In this document: in pieces, positions 11,967 through 23,320 of the stretch
Layout: each line of letters opens with the position of its first letter
Position numbering within the stretch: position 1 is the stretch's first letter
Assembly: GCA_963769705.1 (NCBI GenBank)
Contig: CAVYMZ010000023.1
Location: forward strand, 87,481-151,480
Source of the DNA: an uncultured Alphaproteobacteria bacterium
Lineage (GTDB): Bacteria; Pseudomonadota; Alphaproteobacteria; Rhizobiales; Xanthobacteraceae
Reading direction: 5' to 3'
Length of the DNA stretch: 64,000 nt
The notes under the pieces: generated by a model
What the model was told of the DNA's origin: nothing
The model's input: only the letters and a program-made list of their open reading frames with translations
Database searches by the model: none
Translations under genes and position numbers: made by a program

Positions 11967-12600
11967 TTATCTGATACCGAGTGTCTTGTGCGTCTGCAGG
12001 CTGAGCCGCCATTGCGGATGCCGGATGCAATAGTTGACGGCGCGCTCCGTGTTTGCGGCGACGTCCGGCCCGTCCATCGGCTGCAGCGAGAATCGCTCGA
12101 AGGCGAGATCGGCGAAGGCTGCCGGCATGGCGCCCGCCTGCGGATAGACCAGTTTGAGTTCGTCGTCCCTGCCGGACCAGCAATTCGGCGCCGGCCTTGG
12201 GACTGACGCAGATCCAGTCGACGCCGTCGGGCGGCTGGATCGTGCCGTTGGTCTCGAGGCCAATCGCAAAGCCGCGTGCGTGCAGGGCATCGATCAGGTC
12301 GGCGTCTACCTGCAACAGCGGCTCTCCGCCGGTCAGTACCACATAGCGGTATCCATGCTCGCCCGCCCATTGGCTGGCGATGGCATCGGCGAGATCGTCG
12401 GCCGAGGCATAGCGGCCGCCAAGCGTGCCGTCGGTTCCGACAAAATCCGTGTCGCAGAATTGGCACGTCGCGCTGGCGCGGTCCTGCTCACGTCCGCTCC
12501 AGAGATTGCAGCCGGCGAACCGGCAAAACACCGCCGCGCGGCCGGCATGGGCGCCTTCGCCTTGCAGGGTCAGAAAGATTTCCTTGACCGCGTAACTCAC
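11967..12600 (-). CDS. queE: 7-carboxy-7-deazaguanine synthase (radical SAM; frameshift near 12165)
   Basis: KEIFLTLQGEG, CX14CX2C motif (CNLWSGREQDRASATCQFC), LTGGEP, WRLSLQTHK. Confidence 0.92.
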
Positions 12601-13067
12601 CGCGCCGCCTCCTGGATCGTGGAACCGGTTTGCCGCAGCGCCTCGCCCAGCGCCATCGCGGAAGCCATAGCGACATTCAGCGAGCGCAGGCCGGGCTTGA
12701 TCGGGATCACCAGCCGGGCGTCGGCGGCCTCGGCGACCTCGTCGGGCACGCCAGCGGATTCCCGCCCGAACAGCAGAATGTCGTCCGCGCCATAGCGATA
12801 ATCAAGGTATGAACCGGCGGCCTTGGTCGTGAACAGGACCAGCCGGTACCCGCCGTCGTTGCGCCATTGCGCGAATTTTGGCCAGGAGTCGTGGCGCATG
12901 ATGGTCACCTGGTCGAGATAATCCATGCCGGCCCGGCGGAAATGGCGGTCGGACACCGGAAATCCGGCGGGCTCGATAATATGGGCGGCCACGTCCAGGC
13001 AGGCGCACAGACGCAGAATCGTCCCCGTGTTCTGCGGAATATCGGGCTGGAAAAGCGCAATCTGCAT
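12597..13067 (-). CDS. trmL: tRNA (cytidine(34)-2'-O)-methyltransferase, SPOUT family
   Basis: PDIPQNTG, RRAGMDY, FGRESAG, RSLNVA. Confidence 0.9.
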   Translation of the reverse strand: MQIALFQPDIPQNTGTILRLCACLDVAAHIIEPAGFPVSDRHFRRAGMDYLDQVTIMRHDSWPKFAQWRNDGGYRLVLFTTKAAGSYLDYRYGADDILLFGRESAGVPDEVAEAADARLVIPIKPGLRSLNVAMASAMALGEALRQTGSTIQEAAR

Positions 13068-13349
13068 CGTCGTGACGGCCCTCCGGGTCCCTCCCATGAA
13101 TGTCTGAATAAATCATCGCGCTGGGCGGAATTAGTGCATTGCACGCTGGCCAGCCGATAGCGGGCTTGCGCTCTTCCGGCAAGGGTGCCAATAGAACGAT
13201 TCTGGACTGCTTCTTACTGGCGACTGGCCGGGAAAAGTGGTCTTTCTGCCGCCGCGGGGGTCGCGGGCGCCGGCAGCCTCCCTTGGGTGTCGTTTGATGC
13301 GTTGCCTGGGGCGGTTCCACCGGCTGCAGCTGAGAAAGGGTTTGGAATC

Positions 13350-13880
13350 GTGACGACAGCGTCTTCGGCGGATCATCCGACACGCCGTGATTTCCTCTTT
13401 GTTGCAACGGGAGCCGCCGCAGCGGTCGGCGCAGTGGCCACGGTCTGGCCGCTGGTTTCTCAGATGAATCCGGATGCCTCGACGATCGCGGCCGGCGCGC
13501 CGATCGAAGTCGATCTGGCGCCGATCGCCGAGGGGCAGGACATCAAGGTGTTCTGGCGGGGCAAGCCGATCTATATCAGCCATCGCACCAAGAAGCAGAT
13601 CGACGAGGCCCGCAGCGTTCCCGTCTCGAGCCTGCCCGATCCGCAGGCCGACCAGTCCCGGGTCAAGGAAGGCCATGACCAGTGGCTGGTCGTGATCGGC
13701 ATCTGCACCCATCTCGGCTGCATCCCGATCGCCCATGAGGGCAATTACGACGGCTTCTTCTGCCCCTGCCACGGCTCGCAATACGACTCCTCCGGTCGTA
13801 TTCGCCAGGGACCCGCACCGGCCAATCTGGCGGTGCCGCCCTATCAATTCGTTTCCGACAGCAAAATCCAGATCGGCTAA
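13350..13880 (+). CDS. petA: Ubiquinol-cytochrome c reductase Rieske Fe-S subunit
   Basis: Tat signal TRRDFL; CTHLGC and CPCHGS boxes; GTG start at 13350. Confidence 0.95.
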   Translation: MTTASSADHPTRRDFLFVATGAAAAVGAVATVWPLVSQMNPDASTIAAGAPIEVDLAPIAEGQDIKVFWRGKPIYISHRTKKQIDEARSVPVSSLPDPQADQSRVKEGHDQWLVVIGICTHLGCIPIAHEGNYDGFFCPCHGSQYDSSGRIRQGPAPANLAVPPYQFVSDSKIQIG

Positions 13881-13944
13881 GTCGGGGATCGATATCCCTG
13901 ACCTTGAGCCCGTCGCGTCGTCTTATTTCCCTAGGGATCGCATC

Positions 13945-16015
13945 ATGAGCGGACCATCCGACTACCAGCCGACCAATCCAGCCTTGAAGTGGATTGAGCG
14001 GCGTCTGCCGATTATGGGTCTCGTCCATTCCTCGTTCGTGGCTTATCCGACGCCGCGCAATCTGAACTACTGGTGGACGTTCGGCGCCATCCTTTCGATG
14101 ATGCTCGCCGTGCAGATCCTGACCGGCGTCATCCTGGCGATGCACTACACGCCGAATGCAGACCTCGCCTTCAGGTCGGTCGAAAGCATCGTGCGCGACG
14201 TGAATTACGGCTGGCTGTTGCGCAACATGCACGCCGCCGGCGCCTCGATGTTCTTCGTCGCGGTCTACATCCACATGTTCCGCGGCGTCTATTACGGGTC
14301 GTACAAGGAGCCGCGCGAAGTGCTCTGGATTCTCGGCGTCATCATCTACCTCCTGATGATGGCGACCGGCTTCATGGGCTACGTGCTGCCGTGGGGCCAG
14401 ATGAGCTTCTGGGGCGCCACCGTCATCACCAACCTGTTCTCCGCCATTCCCTATGTCGGCGACAGCATCGTGACGCTGTTGTGGGGCGGCTATTCGGTCG
14501 GCAATCCGACGCTGAACCGCTTCTTCTCGCTGCACTATCTGCTGCCGTTCGTGATCGCCGGCGTCGTGGTGCTGCACGTCTGGGCGCTGCATGTCGCGGG
14601 CCAGAACAATCCCGCCGGCGTGGAAGCGAAGACCGAGAAGGACACCGTGCCGTTCACGCCCTACGCGACCATCAAGGACGCGTTCGGCATCTCCTGCTTC
14701 CTGCTCTTCTTCGCCTGGTTCATCTTCTATATGCCGAACTATCTCGGCGACGCCGACAACTATATCCCGGCCAATCCCGGCGTGACGCCGGCGCACATCG
14801 TGCCGGAATGGTACTACCTGCCGTTCTACGCGATCCTGCGCTCGATCCCGAACAAGCTCGCCGGCGTGACCGCGATGTTCTCGGCGATCCTCGTGCTGGC
14901 GTTCCTGCCCTGGCTCGATACCGCCAAGACCAGATCGTCGAAGTATCGCCCGCTGGCGAAGCAGTTCTTCTGGATCTTCGTCATCGTCTGCGTGCTGCTG
15001 GGCTATCTCGGCGCGCAGCCGCCGGAAGGCATCTATGTGATCGCCGGCCGTATCCTGACCTTCTGCTACTTCGCCTATTTCCTGATCCTGCTGCCGCTCC
15101 TGAGCCGGATCGAGAAGCCGCGGCCGGTTCCGAATTCGATCGCCGAGGACGTGCTGGCCAAGACCGGAAGCAAGGCGGCGCCGATGGTGTCCGCGGTGAT
15201 CGCGCTCGCGGTCGCCGGCGCGCTGTTCGCGGGAAGCACGCAAAACGCCCGCGCCGCGGAACAGGAAAGCCCGCCATCGCAGAAATGGTCGTTTGCGGGT
15301 CCGTTCGGCAAGTTCGATCGCGGCGCCATGCAGCGGGGCCTGAAGGTCTACAAGGAAGTCTGCTCGAACTGTCACGCGCTGTCCTATATCGCGTTCCGCA
15401 ACCTCGCCGATCCCGGCGGTCCCGGCTATACCGCCGGCGCAGGCGGCGGCTTTCGCGGCCGAATACAAGATCAAGGACGGTCCGAACGATCAGGGCGAAA
15501 TGTTCGAGCGGCCGGGCCGGCCGGCGGACTACTTTCCCTCGCCGTTCCCCAACGAACAGGCCGCGCGCGCGGCCAATGGTGGCGCATTGCCGCCCGATCT
15601 GTCCCTGATCACCAAGGCCCGCTCCTATGAGCGCGGCTTCCCGATGTTCGTCATCGACTTCTTCACCCAGTTCCAGGAGCAGGGCCCGAACTACGTCGAT
15701 GCCATCCTGCAGGGGTTTGAGGATAAGCCGCCGGCCGGTGTGACGATCCCGGACGGGTCCTACTACAACAAGTATTTCCCCGGCCACGCCATCAAGATGC
15801 CGAAGCCGCTGAGCGACGGCCAGGTCACCTTCGACGACGGCTCGCCGGCGACGGTGGCGCAATACGCCAAGGACGTCACCACCTTCCTGATGTGGGCCGC
15901 CGAGCCGCATATGGAGGCCCGCAAGCGGATCGGCATGCAGGTGTTCGTTTTCCTGATCCTGCTCTCGGGCTTGCTGTATTTCACCAAGAAGAAAGTCTGG
16001 GCCGACGCGCACTGA
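13945..16015 (+). CDS. fbcH: Fused cytochrome b / cytochrome c1 precursor (frameshift near 15435)
   Basis: Cytochrome b motifs ([17 protein letters not shown]) read in frame into c1 CSNCH; the c1 C-terminus (PPDLS, MPKPL, WAAEP) is in ORF 15500..16015. Confidence 0.93.
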
Positions 16016-16054
16016 GCTCGGCTCGAGGCTTCGGCTCGCGATGACGTGAATTTG

Positions 16055-16079
16055 AAAAAGCCCCTGCGGGGGCTTTTTT
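16055..16079 (+). terminator. Rho-independent (possibly bidirectional) terminator after fbcH
   Basis: AAAAAGCCCC-TGCG-GGGGCTTTTT. Confidence 0.85.
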
Positions 16080-16092
16080 GTTTCGAGCGCAC

Positions 16093-16205
16093 GTCATTCC
16101 GGGGCGATGCGATAGCATCGAGCTACGATGTGCAATTGCACATCGGAGAATCTCGAGATTCCCCGATGCGCAATTGCGCATCTGAGCGTGTCATCCCGGA
16201 ATGAC
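16093..16205. repeat. Palindromic intergenic repeat, family A (GTCATTCCGGG...CCCGGAATGAC)
   Basis: Terminal inverted repeats with internal palindromes GATGTGCAATTGCACATC and GATGCGCAATTGCGCATC; related copies at 23233, 37539 and 41561. Confidence 0.8.
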
Positions 16206-16284
16206 GGAGTTCCGATTGCGTTGTCACCGCGCAGCGGACAAAATGGCCGCCAATCGCCCACCCAAAAGCTCACCGGAGGAACTC

Positions 16285-16959
16285 ATGGGTACCAGCATCT
16301 CGTTCAAGCGCCCGGACGGCAAGGACGCCAGCGGCTATCTCGCCAACGCCGCGCGCGGCAACGCGCCAGGCCTGGTCGTGATCCAGGAATGGTGGGGGCT
16401 GTCCGAGCAGATCAAGGGGATGTGCGACCGCTTCGCGCTGGCCGGCTTCGACGCGCTGGCGCCCGATCTCTACAACGGCAAGGTGGTGCCCTATCACGAC
16501 ACCGACGCCGCCGGCAAAGAGATGAACTCGCTGGATTTCATCGACCTCACCACCCAGACCGTGCGCGGCGCCGCGCAATACCTTGGCCGCAACGGCGCCA
16601 AGGTCGGCCTGACCGGCTTCTGCCTCGGCGGCGCGGTCACCATCATCGGCGCCGCCAGGATCCCGGAGCTGACCGCGGGCGTGGTGTTTTACGGCATTCC
16701 GCCGGAGCAGGCGGCCAGGCCTGCGGACGTGAAGATTCCGCTGCAGGCGCATTTCGCCAACAAGGACGATTGGTGCACGCCGCAGGCGGTCGACGCCTTC
16801 GAGAAAGCGATGAAGGCGGCCGGCAAGTCGCTCGAGCTTTATCGCTATGACGCCGAGCACGCCTTCGTCAACGAGCAGCGGCAATCGGTGCACGACCGTC
16901 AGGCCGCCGAACTCGCCTGGGGTCGCGCCACGGAGTTTTTCAAGAAGCATTTGGGGTGA
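16285..16959 (+). CDS. Dienelactone hydrolase family protein
   Basis: IQEWWGL, APDLY, GFCLGG nucleophile motif, AEHAF; GGAGGA SD upstream. Confidence 0.9.
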   Translation: MGTSISFKRPDGKDASGYLANAARGNAPGLVVIQEWWGLSEQIKGMCDRFALAGFDALAPDLYNGKVVPYHDTDAAGKEMNSLDFIDLTTQTVRGAAQYLGRNGAKVGLTGFCLGGAVTIIGAARIPELTAGVVFYGIPPEQAARPADVKIPLQAHFANKDDWCTPQAVDAFEKAMKAAGKSLELYRYDAEHAFVNEQRQSVHDRQAAELAWGRATEFFKKHLG

Positions 16960-17196
16960 TGCACGCCGTCGTCCCGGCGGACGTCGGGGATCCATACCCC
17001 GCGCCAGTCGTAAATGGGGCGAACGGGCGACGGCTCGGCCCGTCCTGCAGCTCGAAAGGGCGCGCCACGTCGCGGGATCGATCCCGCGGCCGCGCCCCAG
17101 CCGCCCTCTTTCCCGCAAGCAGAGGGGAGGGCGGGCCGTTCGGGGCTGCCGACGTGGCCTTGACGTCGCCCCGCCGTCATGGTGTTTAGGTGGCTT

Positions 17197-17244
17197 ATGA
17201 GCACCGTTGCCTGCAAATCCCGTCTCTGGTGGCGCACCTCCTAA
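17197..17244 (+). CDS. trpL: trp leader peptide MSTVACKSRLWWRTS
   Basis: 15-codon ORF with tandem TGG TGG, 115 nt upstream of trpE(G). Confidence 0.85.
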   Translation: MSTVACKSRLWWRTS

Positions 17245-17281
17245 GAGGTGGCCGGTGCGATTTCATTTTTCCCAATCGTTC

Positions 17282-17316
17282 GAGGCCGTCATCGCAGTGC
17301 GGCGGCCTTTTCGTTT
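17282..17316 (+). terminator. trp attenuator terminator
   Basis: GAGGCCGTC...GGCGGCCTT followed by TTTCGTTT; alternative partner GGTGGCC lies just after the trpL stop. Confidence 0.7.
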
Positions 17317-17359
17317 GTCCTGTGTGGCGTTCCCTCGGCAAGTTTCGTAAGAGGATCAC

Positions 17360-19522
17360 ATGAACAGGACAGTTTTCTCCTTGGCCGAGCGCAGCGAATA
17401 TCGCACCCAAGGCGGGCTTGCGGTCACCCGCTCGGTGGAGCAGTTCTCGGGCGGCGCCAAAAGGCTCGATGACCTGATCGATCTGCTCGATCGCCGGCCC
17501 GGCGTGGTGCTGTCGTCCGGCACCACGGTGCCGGGCCGCTACGAGAGTTTTGACCTGGGCTTTTCCGATCCGCCGCTGCGTCTGGTCACCAAAGGCTCCG
17601 ACTTTGCGCTGGAAGCATTGAACGCGCGAGGTGAGGTGCTGGTCGCCTTCCTCGGCGACGCCTTGCGCGAACCCTGCGTCGTCGTCACCGAGAAGAATGC
17701 CTCGCGTCTTGCCGGCCATATCCGGCGCGGCGCGGCGCCGGTCGACGAGGATCAGCGCACCCGCCGCGCCAGTGTGATGTCGCTGGTGCGCGATCTCGTG
17801 GCGGCGTTCGGCGCCAATGACGATCCGCTGCTCGGCCTGTTCGGCGCGTTCGCCTACGATCTGGTGTTCCAGATCGAAGACCTCGTACAGAAGCGTCCGC
17901 GCGAGCAAGACCAGCGCGACATCGTGCTCTACGTGCCGGATCGCCTCTTGGCCTATGACCGTGCCACCGGGCGCGGCGTGATCCTGAACTATGACTTCAG
18001 CTGGAAGGGCAAATCGTCCGAGGGCCTGCCGCGCGAGACGGCGGAGAGCGTCTACGCCAAAACGCCGCGGCAAGGATATTCCGATCATGCGACCGGCGAA
18101 TATCAGGCGACGGTGGAGACCGCGCGCGCCGCTTTCGCGCGCGGCGATCTGTTCGAAGCGGTGCCGGGGCAGTTATTCGCCGAGCCCTGCGAGCGCTCGC
18201 CGGCGGAGGTGTTCCAGCGGCTGTGTCGTATCAATCCGTCGCCCTACGGCGCCTTGATGAATCTCGGCGAGGGTGAGTTCCTGGTGTCGGCATCGCCGGA
18301 AATGTTCGTGCGCTCCGACGGCAGGCGGGTCGAGACCTGCCCGATCTCCGGTACCATCGCGCGCGGGGTCGATGCGATCGGCGATGCCGAGCAGATCCGG
18401 CAACTCCTGAATTCGGAAAAGGACGAATTCGAACTCAATATGTGCACCGACGTCGACCGCAACGACAAGGCGCGGGTTTGCGTGCCCGGCACGATCAAGG
18501 TTCTGGCGCGGCGGCAGATCGAGACCTATTCAAAGCTGTTCCACACCGTCGATCACGTCGAGGGCATGCTGCGGCCGGGCTTCGATTCGCTCGATGCGTT
18601 TCTCACCCACGCCTGGGCGGTGACGGTGACCGGCGCGCCGAAATTATGGGCGATGCAGTTCGTCGAGGACCATGAGCACTCGTCGCGGCGCTGGTATGCC
18701 GGCGCGATCGGAGCCGTGAATTTCGACGGCAGCATCAACACCGGGTTGACCATCCGTACCATCCGGATGAAGGACGGCCTTGCCGAAGTGCGGGTCGGCG
18801 CCACCTGCCTGTTCGATTCAGATCCCGCCGCCGAGGACAGGGAATGCCAGGTCAAGGCGGCGGCGCTGTTTCAGGCACTGCGCGGCGATCCGCCAAAACC
18901 GCTGTCGGCGTTCGCGCCTGATGCCACCGGCTCCGGCAAGCAGGTGCTGCTGATCGATCATGACGACAGTTTTGTGCACATGCTGGCGGATTATTTTCGG
19001 CAAGTCGGCGCCAATGTCACTGTGGTCCGGCACGTTCATGCGCTGGACATGCTAGACCAAAAGAGCTGGGATCTTCTGGTGCTGTCACCGGGTCCCGGCC
19101 GGCCGGAGGATTTTGGCATTTCGAAAACCATCGATGCGGCGCTTGGCAAGAAACTGCCGATCTTCGGCGTCTGTCTTGGCGTGCAGGCGATCGGGGAATA
19201 TTTCGGCGGCCAACTCGGCCAGCTCAGCCAGCCGGCACACGGCCGGCCGTCTCAGGTTCAGGTGCGGGGCGGGCGGCTGATGCAGAACCTGCCGAGTGAA
19301 ATCGTGATCGGCCGCTATCATTCGCTCTATGTCGAGCGCGACAGCATGCCCGATGTGCTTAGCGTGACCGCCAGCACCGAGGACGGCGTCGCGATGGCGA
19401 TCGAGCACAAGACCCTGCCGGTCGGCGGCGTGCAGTTTCACCCGGAATCGCTGATGTCGCTCGGCGGCGAGGTGGGCCTGCGCATCGTCGAGAACGCGTT
19501 CCGATTGGGCGGCAAGAATTGA
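17360..19522 (+). CDS. trpE: Anthranilate synthase, fused TrpE(G)
   Basis: NPSPY, SASPEMF, PISGT, TVTGAPK plus C-terminal GATase (SPGPG, GVCLG, RYHSL, QFHPES). Confidence 0.95.
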   Translation: MNRTVFSLAERSEYRTQGGLAVTRSVEQFSGGAKRLDDLIDLLDRRPGVVLSSGTTVPGRYESFDLGFSDPPLRLVTKGSDFALEALNARGEVLVAFLGDALREPCVVVTEKNASRLAGHIRRGAAPVDEDQRTRRASVMSLVRDLVAAFGANDDPLLGLFGAFAYDLVFQIEDLVQKRPREQDQRDIVLYVPDRLLAYDRATGRGVILNYDFSWKGKSSEGLPRETAESVYAKTPRQGYSDHATGEYQATVETARAAFARGDLFEAVPGQLFAEPCERSPAEVFQRLCRINPSPYGALMNLGEGEFLVSASPEMFVRSDGRRVETCPISGTIARGVDAIGDAEQIRQLLNSEKDEFELNMCTDVDRNDKARVCVPGTIKVLARRQIETYSKLFHTVDHVEGMLRPGFDSLDAFLTHAWAVTVTGAPKLWAMQFVEDHEHSSRRWYAGAIGAVNFDGSINTGLTIRTIRMKDGLAEVRVGATCLFDSDPAAEDRECQVKAAALFQALRGDPPKPLSAFAPDATGSGKQVLLIDHDDSFVHMLADYFRQVGANVTVVRHVHALDMLDQKSWDLLVLSPGPGRPEDFGISKTIDAALGKKLPIFGVCLGVQAIGEYFGGQLGQLSQPAHGRPSQVQVRGGRLMQNLPSEIVIGRYHSLYVERDSMPDVLSVTASTEDGVAMAIEHKTLPVGGVQFHPESLMSLGGEVGLRIVENAFRLGGKN

Positions 19523-19543
19523 TGACATTTGAAAGAGACATCG

Positions 19544-20083
<540 letters not shown>

Positions 20084-20109
20084 GGGATGGGGGCGCCGCG
20101 TCTTTCTGA

Positions 20110-20236
20110 CCTCTCCCGCTTGCGGGGGAGGTCGACGCGCTCGAAGAGCGCGGCGGGTGGGGGCTCTCTCCACTGACGCCAGCATTCGCTGCAGGCACCC
20201 CCACCCCGACCCTCCCCCGCAAGAGCGGGAGAGGGA
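20110..20236. repeat. Palindromic intergenic repeat, family B (CCTCTCCC...GGGAGAGG)
   Basis: CCTCTCCCGCTTGCGGGGGAGG...CCCTCCCCCGCAAGAGCGGGAGAGGG between convergent genes; related copies at 25683, 32564, ~17105 and ~37612. Confidence 0.8.
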
Positions 20237-20242
20237 GAAGAG

Positions 20243-20914
20243 TTAAGACCGCTGCAGGATCAAGCTCAGTTCCAGCTCGCGAAAACTCAGATAATTCCTG
20301 CGGATCCACTGATGCAGTTCGGTCGATGAATCCTTCTCGCTGCGCAAATAGCCGGTGAACGAGAAGGTCAGCCGGTCGACATAGGTCTTGAGGAAAGTCG
20401 GCAAAGCGGCGACGCGCAGGATACGGCCCTGCCCCATGGCCGGCGGCAGTTCGCCGCGCAGCACATATTCGTTATTGACGGTGACCAGCGCGGTTTTGGG
20501 GATCTGCTCCTGCAGCGTGGCATAGCCGCGCGCCGAGACGCGGTCGGTATCGGCGACGAACAGGATCGCCGGCGCGACGCCGCGCCGCGCCGCCTCCTTC
20601 ATGAAGCCGATTTCCTCCGACATCTTGAAGAATTCGTCGAAGGCGTGAAAGCCGAGATCGATTACCTTGGCGACGCCGTCATTGACGATCAGGCGGTCCA
20701 TCAGCGCCATTTTGCCGAAGGTATCGTCGATCTCGGCGGTCTCGGTAATGTCAGGCAGATATTCGAGCAGCGACGGCTCTTTCAGATTGATATCGAACGC
20801 CGCCACGTCGCCGTTTTTCAGCAGCAAAAATTCGCTCAGCTGCCGCGCGATCAGCGTCTTGCCGACCAGCGGACGGGGCGAGCAGATAATGTAGACGGGC
20901 GTGGCGTGCATCAC
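20243..20914 (-). CDS. P-loop protein with degenerate ParA/MinD-type Walker A (uncharacterised)
   Basis: IICSPRPLVGKT..AAFD..VIDLG; resembles the upstream neighbour. Confidence 0.7.
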   Translation of the reverse strand: MMHATPVYIICSPRPLVGKTLIARQLSEFLLLKNGDVAAFDINLKEPSLLEYLPDITETAEIDDTFGKMALMDRLIVNDGVAKVIDLGFHAFDEFFKMSEEIGFMKEAARRGVAPAILFVADTDRVSARGYATLQEQIPKTALVTVNNEYVLRGELPPAMGQGRILRVAALPTFLKTYVDRLTFSFTGYLRSEKDSSTELHQWIRRNYLSFRELELSLILQRS

Positions 20915-20971
20915 CCGCTATATCAGGCGAATTTGATCGCCCAATCCAGCCAATTGGCGCTGGATATGCAA

Positions 20972-21727
20972 CTATTTTTCGCCGCTGCGCGTGACCGGTT
21001 TGCTGGAGCCGACCAGATCGGTCAGCTTGATGCGGTCGAATTCGCTCCAGACATTGGCCAGCCAGTGGCGGACATAGCCGCGCAGCACGAACGAATAGTT
21101 CGCGGCCTCGTCCTTGGCGCCCTTGTTGGCGACGAATTTCAGGAACGGCACGGACGCGACTTCGACCTGCTCATAGGCCATCTCGTTCAGCTTGGGGATG
21201 GTGAGCTCGGTGGCGTCCTTGATGCGGTGGAAATAGGAATTGTAGGTCGCCTGATCCCATTCGAAGAAGCTGGTGTTGTTGATGAAGTTCTTCACCAGGA
21301 AATATTTCGCGCCCTGCATGAAATTCGCGGTCTCGGCGATCTCGTCCAGCGAGGCGATCGAGGGTCCCAGTATATGGAACACGGAAAAGGTGATCTGGCC
21401 GGACTTGGCGGCGTCGAGAAATCCGATGTCTCGCAACGAGGCGAGCGCCGGCGACAGCAGGCCGGCGCGGACGTCGATCACGGTGACCGACGGGCTCGCC
21501 GCATTCAGCGTATCGAAGATCTTCATCTGGTCCGACGTCGTCGTCATGTCGACGATCTCGGTGATGTCGGGATGGAAGCGCTTCAGGGTGCCGCGCGGGG
21601 ATTCGGTATCGAAGGCGCGGGTCGGTACATTGTTGGCGCTGAAATAATCAAGCAGGGTGCGCGAGACAGTGGTCTTGCCGACCCCACCCTTGTCAGCACC
21701 CACCACAATCACAACTGGCTTCGCCAT
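20972..21727 (-). CDS. ParA/MinD-like P-loop NTPase (uncharacterised)
   Basis: Deviant Walker A ADKGGVGKTT, RAFDTE, VIDVRAG. Confidence 0.8.
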   Translation of the reverse strand: MAKPVVIVVGADKGGVGKTTVSRTLLDYFSANNVPTRAFDTESPRGTLKRFHPDITEIVDMTTTSDQMKIFDTLNAASPSVTVIDVRAGLLSPALASLRDIGFLDAAKSGQITFSVFHILGPSIASLDEIAETANFMQGAKYFLVKNFINNTSFFEWDQATYNSYFHRIKDATELTIPKLNEMAYEQVEVASVPFLKFVANKGAKDEAANYSFVLRGYVRHWLANVWSEFDRIKLTDLVGSSKPVTRSGEK

Positions 21728-21996
21728 GAACTTCCCTTACCCGCCCGTTTTGTCCGACGCACGATCCTAGAACAAACCGAGCCGTTTGTTGCCGGGAAAA
21801 CGGTATGTCGCGCCAGATCGTGCCCTCGAGTCCTCCGACCGATAGCGGTGTCCCCGATCGAGCGACTCCATTCCTGCTTTGGGCGCGAACATGGCAGAAA
21901 CAAGGGGGAATTCAATCATTAGACAAGCGCCGGGGAAAATCTCGCCGATTTTCTTAAGCGGGACAGAAAGCCGGAGCACGCAGACATCGCCGGAGC

Positions 21997-23210
21997 CTAA
22001 TGGCGGCCCCACGGACCGGGGGGAGGATCGCCCCACGGGCCATGTGGTGCGCCATCCGGGCCGCCCGGTGACGCGCCGGCGGGGTCCCGGCCATCGCTCC
22101 AGGGGCCGGATGGCAGCGGCGGCGGGGATTGGCCGGTTGCCGGCGGCTCCTGATCGTCAGCCGCGCCTCCGACGGCAGCGCCAGCGGTCCGGGATCGTGT
22201 CCGCCGGCATATTTCACCAGCGCCTGCACCCGGGAATCGACCGAAGGGTGGGTCGCGAACAGGTCGGCAAAGCCCTCGCGCGGGTTGTCGACGCACAATT
22301 CCATCACCGCCGAGGTTGCGCCGGGAAGCTCGCCGCGGTTCTCGATCTTGCGCAACGCCGAGATCATGGCGTCGGGGTTCTTGGTCAGTTCGACCGATCC
22401 GGCGTCGGCCAGCAGCTCGCGCGAGCGCGACAGCGCCAGCCGCACCAGCTGCGACAACAGCCAGGCCAGCGCGATCAGCGCAACCGCGATGATGATGACA
22501 ACGACGGCGCCGCCGCCCGAACTCTTGCGATCGCCATCCGAAGAGGAGGACGAGGAAGAAGACGACGATGACGACCACGAGCCGCCGCCGTAGCCGCCAT
22601 AATAGCCGAAATTGGTAAAGCTTCGGAAGAACAGTTCGGCGAAGAAGCCGACCACGCCGGCGATGATCACCGCGATCACCATCATCTGCACGTCGCCGTT
22701 GCGGATATGGGTGAGTTCGTGGCCGAGCACCGCCTCGATCTCCTGATCGTTCAGCGCCCTTAACAAGCCCGTCGTGACGGTGATGGCGTATTGCCGCCGG
22801 TTCAGCCCGGTCGCGAAGGCGTTCAGCGCATCGCTCTCCATGATCTTGAGCTTCGGCATCGGGATGCCGCGCGAGATGCAGAGGTTTTCCAGGAGATTAT
22901 AGAGCCGCGGCTCCTGCTGCCGCGTCACGTCCTCGCCGCCGGTGACGGCGTCGATGATCGATTGATGGAAGAAATAGGCGATCACGATCCACAGCGCGGC
23001 GCCTCCCGTGGCATAGGGAAACGCCCTGATCAGGTCGCGCGCCGCCGCCATCAGGTAATAATCGACCGGCGCGCCGGCATTGGCCAGCACCTCGGCGATC
23101 AGCGCGCCGGCATAGACCATGACGTAGACCAGCAGGAACAGGCCGGCGAGCAGCACCATCGAACGAAACTTGTTCGATGCGATGTGCGTGTAAAGACCGT
23201 ACGCGGCCAT
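21997..23210 (-). CDS. htpX: M48 family zinc metalloprotease (HtpX-like; frameshift near 22150)
   Basis: NAFATG, HELTH, SRSRELLADAG, FATHP. Confidence 0.85.
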
Positions 23211-23232
23211 GGTCGGTTGCTCTGTTGGAGAC

Positions 23233-23312
23233 CGTCATTCCGGGGCGATGCGAAGCATCGAACCCGGAATTCGAGATTCCGGGTTCGCGCTAACGCGCGC
23301 CCCGGAATGACG
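23233..23312. repeat. Family A palindromic repeat
   Basis: CGTCATTCCGGGGCG...CGCCCCGGAATGACG. Confidence 0.8.
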
Positions 23313-23320
23313 GGAATGGT

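Noticed and set aside
11740-12600. Apparent QueE-QueD fusion ORF
   Set aside because: The middle part is out-of-frame nonsense; the real QueE C-terminus is in ORF 11967..12290
11583-12600. queD/queE as a 7-deazaguanine DNA-modification (dpd) defence island
   Set aside because: Housekeeping context with trmL and hemF; no dpdA/tgt-like gene nearby
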